DNA of 64,000 nucleotides from Prorocentrum cordatum (Eukaryota). The position numbers and the translations under genes are program-made. Positions 1 to 7,800 of this stretch are shown here, in pieces (position 1 is the stretch's first letter; every line of letters starts with the position of its first letter). The notes under the pieces are model-generated. The model worked only from the letters and a program-made list of their open reading frames with translations, was not told the origin of the DNA and made no database searches. The stretch is taken from positions 2,542,001-2,606,000 of the forward strand of contig CAUYUJ010000001.1 in assembly GCA_963575745.1 (NCBI GenBank), written 5' to 3'.

Positions 1-177
1 AGCCCAGCGTAGAGAGGAGTCCCCTACCAGTCCTCATCCTGGGCCCCTCGCCTCGTCGGGCGGGGCAGCGGCGGGCCACGCCGTCGAAGTTGGCCGAACT
101 GATATCAGACCGCACGGCGGCGGCAGAGCAAAGAACGGGAGGATGCTGCCGGCAGAAGACAGGCAGACCATAGAGGA

Positions 178-330
178 AAGAGAACTATGCACATACACCG
201 ATTCTGGCCAGGCCCATCCTGAGCCCAGGATCGGTGCATACGCCCTCCTACCCTGGCCAGGAAGGCACATGCACTGATCATGGGTCAAGGATGGGCCTTG
301 CCAGGATCGGTGCATGTGCATAATTCTCTT
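178..330. repeat. ~153-bp imperfect palindrome (fold-back / MITE-like)
   Basis: AAGAGAACTATGCACATACACCGATTCTGGCCAGGCCCATCCT (from 178) is nearly the reverse complement of AGGATGGGCCTTGCCAGGATCGGTGCATGTGCATAATTCTCTT (to 330); pairing continues inward to a loop near 250-258. Confidence 0.8.
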
Positions 331-1009
331 CGCCCGAGACCAGGGGAACATGGCGCGGCAGCCAGAGGAGGAGCGGGAGGGGGGCAGGCATCGGTAGAAG
401 CACGCCTCGGGGAGACGAACGCCGGAGCGGCGATGGGTGGCGCAGGCGGCACGGCGGTGACCGGGAGGGGAGAAGCGGCCGGGGAGGAAAGACCGTCTGG
501 GGAGACAAACGCGGGACAGACAAGCTGGAGCAAAGGCTGGACAGCGGGCGAATCACGATCGGGGGAGGGGACACAATGCGCGGAGACAATTGAAGCTAGG
601 GCGGCCTGGAGATGCTCAGAGTTCTCGCAACTGGAGAGGTGAAGAGGAGCCAAGATCTCGCGGGGCGGGCGATGTCGAGGATGTCTTTTCTGGCGGCAAC
701 GAGCGGGCACGAGCCGACGAGATCGGAGTAGCGAAAACAGTCGACAATGATCCACCCGCGCCTCCGTCTCCCGGCCCCTCCTGGCTCCCTCCTCCTTCCC
801 TCCCTCCTCCCTCCTCCCGCCGTGCGCCCTGCAAAGGAAGGGCGCGGGGCCCTGCCCGAGGCGGCCAGGCGCCCGCCCGTGTGAACCCGGGACGGTGTCA
901 AGACGACGCTGTCCTGGGATTGTCCGGCGTGTGGGACTTCGGAACTTGCGTGCTGCGGGTGGCCCCCGTAGTGCCACCGGGTCCGCCACGGCCTTGGGCG
1001 GTAGGAACA

Positions 1010-1203
1010 GGAGGAGGAGGAGGAGGAGGAGGAGGAGGAGGACGAGGAGGAGGAGGAGGAGCTGGAGGAGGAGGAGGAGGACGAGGAGGAGGAGGAAGAG
1101 GTGGAGGAGGAGGAGGGAGGAGGAGGAGGAGGAGGGGGAGGAGGGGAAGGAGGGAGAGCAGGAGGAGGAGGAGGAGGAGGAGGAGGAGGAGGAGGAGGAG
1201 GAG
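1010..1203. repeat. (GGA)n microsatellite
   Basis: Direct reading. Similar tracts lie at ~15550-15660, 16140-16795, 29610-29670, 43530-43940 and 56945-56995. Confidence 0.95.
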
Positions 1204-1689
1204 CAAAAGGGCATCCAACCCCGCGCAGCTCCTCCCGTTGTCGCTCCGCCGCCGCCAGCCGCTCGGAGAGGTCCTGGCGCGGGGGCGGCCACGAGGACAC
1301 GCCCGTGCCCCAACCCGCCTCTCGCTCGGGCGCGCGCTGACATTCGGCGGCGCGCCCAGGGGGGAGGGGAAAAGGTGGCGGGTCTCCTCCTGGCCATCGC
1401 TCGGACGTCCATTCCCTGTGTTTTTTTCGGTTTCGTGCGTGGCTTCTTCGCCAAATGATCACGGATGCTCCTCGATGGTTCTCGCCGAAGGAAAAATGCA
1501 CACGTCCGAGCGATGCCGAGCCTCGGAAGGCTCAGAGGGCACCCGGGCATCCCGAGTAGCCATCTGCGCGATCTTCGAGGCACCGACGCCTGCGGAAGAG
1601 GTCTGCCCCACCTCACTGCCGCCCTCGGCGCGCCGCCGAGCCTCCCTCTCGGGCACGCGCTGACGTGCATCACGGATGCGCGGATCTGG

Positions 1690-1896
1690 TGTCAAGGGGC
1701 TCGGGGGGCTCGAAGTGTAAAGGAGTAAGTGGGGAGGGCGAGCGTACATTTTAGTGCTTACGCCAGAATCCTCAGCGACTCCAGGGCGAGTCGCACCCTA
1801 AGCCAAAAAGGCTGTGCACTACTGCAGAACACAAAGAGCGGGAAGAGGGAGGGAGACCAGGAACCCGGGGCCAGGGCGAGCCGGGTTACGATGACA
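1690..1896 (-). repeat. 3' LTR (207 bp)
   Basis: Runs TGTCAAGGGG...TTACGATGACA; differs from 10926-11136 by 4 transitions and one 4-bp indel. Confidence 0.96.
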
Positions 1897-4800
1897 GTGC
1901 ACCCAACTTCGGTGGGTTCTGCAGGGGGAAACCCCCCGCGGCACCCACCCTGGCCTCGCAGGACAGGTACATGGGGGCGTCCGGCCCGGCGCCCCGCGCC
2001 TCCAGCCGCCGGTCGCCGGCACTGGCGGGGATCTGGCGGGCGACTCGCCCCGCCTCGGGCTCCTCGCGACCTCCGCTCCTCCGGCTCCTCTCTGCCTCCT
2101 GTGGTACCTCCTCCTCATCCTCAACCTCCTCGGCCTCCGCCTCCTCCTTCCTCCTAGAGCTGTACTCCTCCTCGCCTCCCCGGGGCTTATCCTCCTCGAC
2201 CTCGCCCCTCCTCCTCGCCTCTTCGATCAAGGCTTTCCGGCTAGCCCCGCGAGACCGGGACTTGAGGGACATATTCAACGCTCGCTCGTCGAGATGCCCC
2301 CCTTCGTCGACGAGACGCATCGATCCTCGACAAAGTAAGTCGTGCAGGGCCAGGTTGCTTTTTGACGGATCGGCATGTGTCAACGGATCAGCAGGCATGC
2401 GTCCGCGGGGGAGCCAACGGATCTGCGAGCCAGTCGAGCTCAACGAGTCTCTGACAACAGCAAGTTCGATCGCGTTACGTCGATCGGACCGGGACCCAGC
2501 AGCGTTTTTGCTCAACGTGTCGAACACCGATTTGGCATCCACCACGGCCAGGGACGCGGCTCGATCACTCAACTCGCAAGTCGAGGACATCACGACCGAG
2601 AACGGAGAGGCTCCAATATTCCAAGACGGCTTCTGGACATCTCCGAAAACCGCATCACGCCAAATAACCTGCAAGTACTGAGCCTCGGCCACAGCACCGC
2701 TCAAGGCGAGAGTCTCTGCAGCGACGGTGGAGCTGATCACCCGCTTCAGTCGCTGCGAGCGCCACGAGAGCAGTGACGCGCGAGCTCGGCGGTTCGCCCG
2801 GATCGAGGCGTCCGCAGCCATAACCAACCAAGCACCCTGAGATCCTCCGCGGCTCGCGGAGCCCGGCCCGGAGGCGTCGGACGCCGCGACGAACGCGAGC
2901 GAAAGCGGGTCGAGCCCCCACACGGTCAACCTCTGAGAGGCCGTGGCCTTCAAAAACTTGCAAACCTTGATGAGCGTGAGAGCGTGGGAAACGAGAGGGG
3001 TCGGCATGGCCCCCGCGAGAATCGAAGCCGATCCCGCCACGTCTGGACGCGACTCCCTGGCCACCCACTGTACCTGGGCCACCACTGCCCGATACGACTT
3101 GACCTCAGTAGGCGCGAGGGGGGAATCAGGATCACAGCGACGAGAGCGATCGAGAGGCATAACCGTAAGTTGCTCCCGTATATATTTCTCCTGATCAATG
3201 GTTATCCGATCCCTAAACTGGCGCAGGTGCCGACCGGCAAACTCCGAATCGGACTGGCGCCACTTGCCAAACCGGAACCTAGACGTCGCTCTCTCCTTGA
3301 ACCGACCCACATACTCCTGGCGGCCGGTCACAATGAGGTCGTCGACCTCAATAAGCACCAGGCCCTCAAGGGCCCCCATCCGGTCCCGTTTGAGCCAGAG
3401 GCACGGTTCAAGCATGGACTTCGTGAAGCCCTCCGCCGCGAGCCAATCAGTCAGCGTCCGATGCCACAGAAGTGGAGCATCGTTGAGACCATATACGGGC
3501 GCAACCAACTCGATCAACTGATCTGGGCCAATCGGCAGACCCGAGCACGGCTCAACAAAAATCTTTCCACGGGGGCGCTCTAAACGCTGGCTCTGGCAAA
3601 ACGCGTTCTTCGCGTCAGCGATGGTAAGGGTCCATCCGAATGACGCGGCAATCTGCAGGCAGGTAAGAACGCTCTCTGACTGAGGTGTCGGGGCGTAGAC
3701 CTCCAAAGTTTCAGAGTCGGGGTCCTGGTGCCCGTGGACGCACCAACGGGATTTGGGCTCGGGGCGAGAGCCTACCCCCTCAACCGGTTTCAGCCGTCTA
3801 ACCATGCGAGAAGATAAAATGCGGTCGGGAAGCCGCCTCCGAGCTGACACCGACTCCTCAGGCGAGAGCACGCGCACAGCTCCAGTGCCCAGCATCGCCG
3901 CCCATTCCTTAGCGTCTGACTCCGAAAATCGGGCGCGATCTTCCGGGGACAAGTCTTTAAGTCTCACCTCGGCCCCCCGTGGGTTGATCTTGGGCGGAGT
4001 CTTGTCAGACGCCGAGGTCGGGTACGACAGCTCGTCGAAGGGACCTAAGTCTCTCAAAAAGAAGCGAGCCAGATCGGGGGCCCCCCGCGCCGCGGACCAC
4101 TCGAGGAGCTCTTGGACCAGAAAGCTGTCCTGCTCCTCGTCAGGAGCGTCCCAGTCACAATCACTTCCGCTGGCCTCCAGGTCCTCTCCGCCGGCATCCG
4201 TACTTTCGCCGGCCTCCTCCGCCTTCCCGCCGAGCTCCGCCAGGAAGTCGCCGGCGCCAGGGCGGGGCCCAGGGGGCCTGCTCCTGCCCGAGGACCGCGC
4301 GGCGGGGGCCTCCGGGGACGCGCGAGCGTCAGACGAAGGGCGAGCCCGGGGGACAGAGATGTCCCGCCCGGACCCCAAAACTCGTGCTGAAGGCGGCCGC
4401 TCCCTCGCCATGGGAACGTCCAGCGCCGGGGCCTCCGGCGCCGGGCGAGGAAGCGGCTCGACGCTCACAGGGGCAGGACTGCTAGCGGCCCCCTCCGCTG
4501 AGGGGGAAGGCGCCGACCCAGGAGGGGCAGCGGCGGATTGACTTGGCGGGCCTTGGATGGCCGCCACTCGCTGCAGAACGGAAGGCCTGTCTGGATACTC
4601 CTCAATCGGGGTAAAACGCGGACGCTTATCCTGAGGCTCAGGGCCCGGGGAAAGCCGGACCTCGCCCCGGGTCTCCGGGAGGGCGTCCGATCCAGGTTCC
4701 GAGGCGACCGATCCGACCGCGGGGACGAGAGAATCCGCGGGGGCCGAGGGCACCCGAGTGCCCTGAGAAACCTGGCGAGAGGGGCCCTGGGAAATCGGCG

Positions 4801-7800
4801 GATCCGGGATCACCGGGACCTGCTGCCTCGCCGAGGGGTCCTCCGGGGGCGCCGCTTCGGGGGCATCGTTGGCCTCGGGAGGCGGGGGTCCTTCGGCGGT
4901 GACATCCACCGCGCCAGACCTCTTGCCTGGGGAACGGATGTCTTCGCGAAGGCGGTCGAAGGCAGCACTATCCAACAACTCGGCCCCCATCGACTCTGAC
5001 CGAGTCGCCAGGCGCACCTGCTCGGCAGTGCACTTCAACAACTTGGCCCTCATGGCCACCCAGACGGTTCCGCCACCCTTGCTTCCACCGGCTCCCGCGG
5101 ACTGGTAGATGACGACCCCGGGACCGGTCCACCTGTCACGCTGGAGGGAGTGGGATCGATTGGAGGCGGTGATCCTCCGAAACACGTAAACCCAATCCCC
5201 CGGCCTGAATTCTCGCTCCTGATGAGGGCGAGCACGAGACGCCTCAGCAAGCCTAGATCGCGCATCCAGACCGGCGAGCGCCTTCCGGGCCTCCTCACGG
5301 ATCCGATGCTGCCGCGCAAACTCGCCGGCGGCCGAGTCGAGGTCCACAGCGCGGGCCGAAACGTCATCCGAGCCGATCAAGTCGACTGGGTCGTCTGACA
5401 ACAAACTCCGAGGGATCCGAAGGTTTTGTCCGAAAACAAGCTGGGACGGGCTGAAACCGCCACGGTGAAAACCCCGATTTTTGCTGGCAACCACTTCGCA
5501 GAGAAGGAAATCCGTCTCCTCTCGGGTCTCGGGATTGATCGACTGGGCTGCTTTCGACAGGGCTTCCTTCACTAAGCCGCCGTGGCGCTCACATTTGCCA
5601 TTCTGATGCGGAGAGTTGGCCGGAATAACGTGCTGCATCACTCCGTGATGTTCACACCCCCTCGCGAAAATCCCCTCAAACTCCCCTCCCCCATCACGCG
5701 CGAGGACCTCCGGGACCCCGAATGGCCTCACCCACCATCTAAGAAACGCGGCCCAGACCGACTTGGCCGTGTCGTCAGACAGAAGAGCGCACTGCTGGAA
5801 CGAGGTTCCATGATCAATGATGTTCATGACGGGGGTGCTCTTTCCATCGATGTCGAGATAGAACAGGTCTATCGCGATAACCTTATTGAAAGCGTAAGTG
5901 TGGGGCAAGTGCGCTCTCCTACGCCAGCTGGCCTTGGTGTGCGAGGCACACTGATCGCACTTAAACTCATCCTTCACCCAGGTTAACACCTCCAAGCGGG
6001 CCCCTGCCACGCGCAGGGCACGAAGGAAATCTTCATTCGAGGGGTGTCCGAGATTCACGCGCAGGCGGGCCACCTCTTTCTGAAGGGCCAGATCCAGAGA
6101 GGCCGCTTTCACGGGGCCCTGGGGCCGGGGAAGGCCCTCGGCGGGACCCGAACGGCCCCTGGAGGCCTCGTCTTCCTCGGAGACCGCGGGATCGGCTTCC
6201 TCGACCGGAAACGACCACGACTCAGCCTCGGAGGCCTCGTCCTGCTCAAACAGGGTAGCGGGGCCCGCCTGTCGAACCTGGGAGCGCCGGCGGTGAAACG
6301 CCAGAGCCCCGTCTTCCACGCCGGAGGCTAAACTACTGATCAGCTCCCTCGGGAAGTTCTCCGCGGCGTGCGTCCTGGCGCCGCCGAGAAGGGGAACGCG
6401 GACATGCTTGTGACTGCAGCGTCGCTGGCAGTGTGCGAGGAGGGGGGAAGAGTTGGACATCGCCCTGGTGGGTTTCTTGGCCGGTCCGAGCTCGCCGGTC
6501 CACAACCCATGCATGCGCTGATCCAGCTTCGAGACCTGGACCTCCGGCCTCTCGCACAGCACTCGCGCGCACTCGAGATGCCAAGAGCTGGCCGTGTCGG
6601 GGTGCTCCAAGGCAAAGAAACGACCGTGGGTAATCTGATACTCCGCAACTCTCATGCACAACTGCATTGCGGCAAGTCCGAGCCGCTCCTCCTCCTCCTC
6701 CCGAATTGGGTCCATCCGCCCCCAGTTGGAGGCCCGGGGCGCGCTGAATGCCTTGCACATCGGAGTCATAAGGACGAAGAGCGGCTGATCCTCACGAAGC
6801 TGGCGCCGCAGGCGCGCCTCCCCCTCGGGAGAAAGGAGATCAGTACCCAGGACTAGATCCAGAGGCGCCGACACGCTATGCCCGCGGCGCTGCAACTCCG
6901 CTGAAACCTTAGACGAGCTGAACATCTCTAAAGCTAAGGCCCCCCCCCGCTGAGCCTCCCGCGCCTTCACCACCTTCCGGCGGGTCCTTCGGCCCGATCT
7001 GAGCCCCTCACCTCCTAAGGCGCGGGCCGCTGCCTCGCGCACTTGCCGGGGGGCCGACGGGGCCGCGGGGGCGACAGCTAAGCGACCATCTAAGGCTGCC
7101 GCTGTGAACCGGTCCTCCTCTATCATGGTCACCTCCTCCACCTCCCTCGATCTCCTCGCCTCTTCCTCTCCTCCTCCAGGCGGAGCCTTTTCGCACCAAA
7201 AAGTCACCTGAAGCACAGACTTCAAAGTCGAGCCGAGCGCCCGGCTGATCTCGGAGGCCCCCGAAGTGGCCCACAAGCCGGTGTAAAGCACGGAATCTCC
7301 GAGACCCGCGATCTCGAGCCATCTTGGGCCAGAGGGAAGAGACGAGTCCGGAGGCTCCTCACCGTTGGCAGCGAGCGCGAGGCCTACGAAAAAGGCGCTG
7401 CGCTCGGAAGGCGAGAGACGAACGGGGGTCCACTGCTGACTCTCGCAGACCCTCTGAGGACTGAGAAGGGTGCCCGAGCTTTCTCCCCAGAATCCGAGGA
7501 CCTCCCGAGACGATCGACGATGCCGAGAGCCCCTCCGGAATCGATTCAAATAAGTTCCCAGATCCTTGAGGAAGACGTCGCGGGGGTCGCAACAGGAGAA
7601 GGTTCTACCAGCCAGCTCAGCCTGCTTCTCAGGAAAGACGTCGCTTAGACGCCGGATGCGTTCGCCTCCTCGGCCACCGCGGGCAAGAAGCCGCCCGGAG
7701 ACCTGCCCGAGGAGATCGCCTGCATCATCGTCGCGATGCGAAGGAGGTCGTCGTTCTGGATCGTCGCAGGGCGGGTCGCCAGCTCGGTCATCGTCGTCTC

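Noticed and set aside
285..1673. 462-aa and overlapping ORFs
   Set aside because: They span a (GGA)n tract in GC-rich DNA, and joining the retrotransposon flanks gave no convincing gene.
1897..1944. Hammerhead or HDV ribozyme
   Set aside because: It lacks the CUGANGA core and a recognisable HDV double pseudoknot; kept only as a generic structure.
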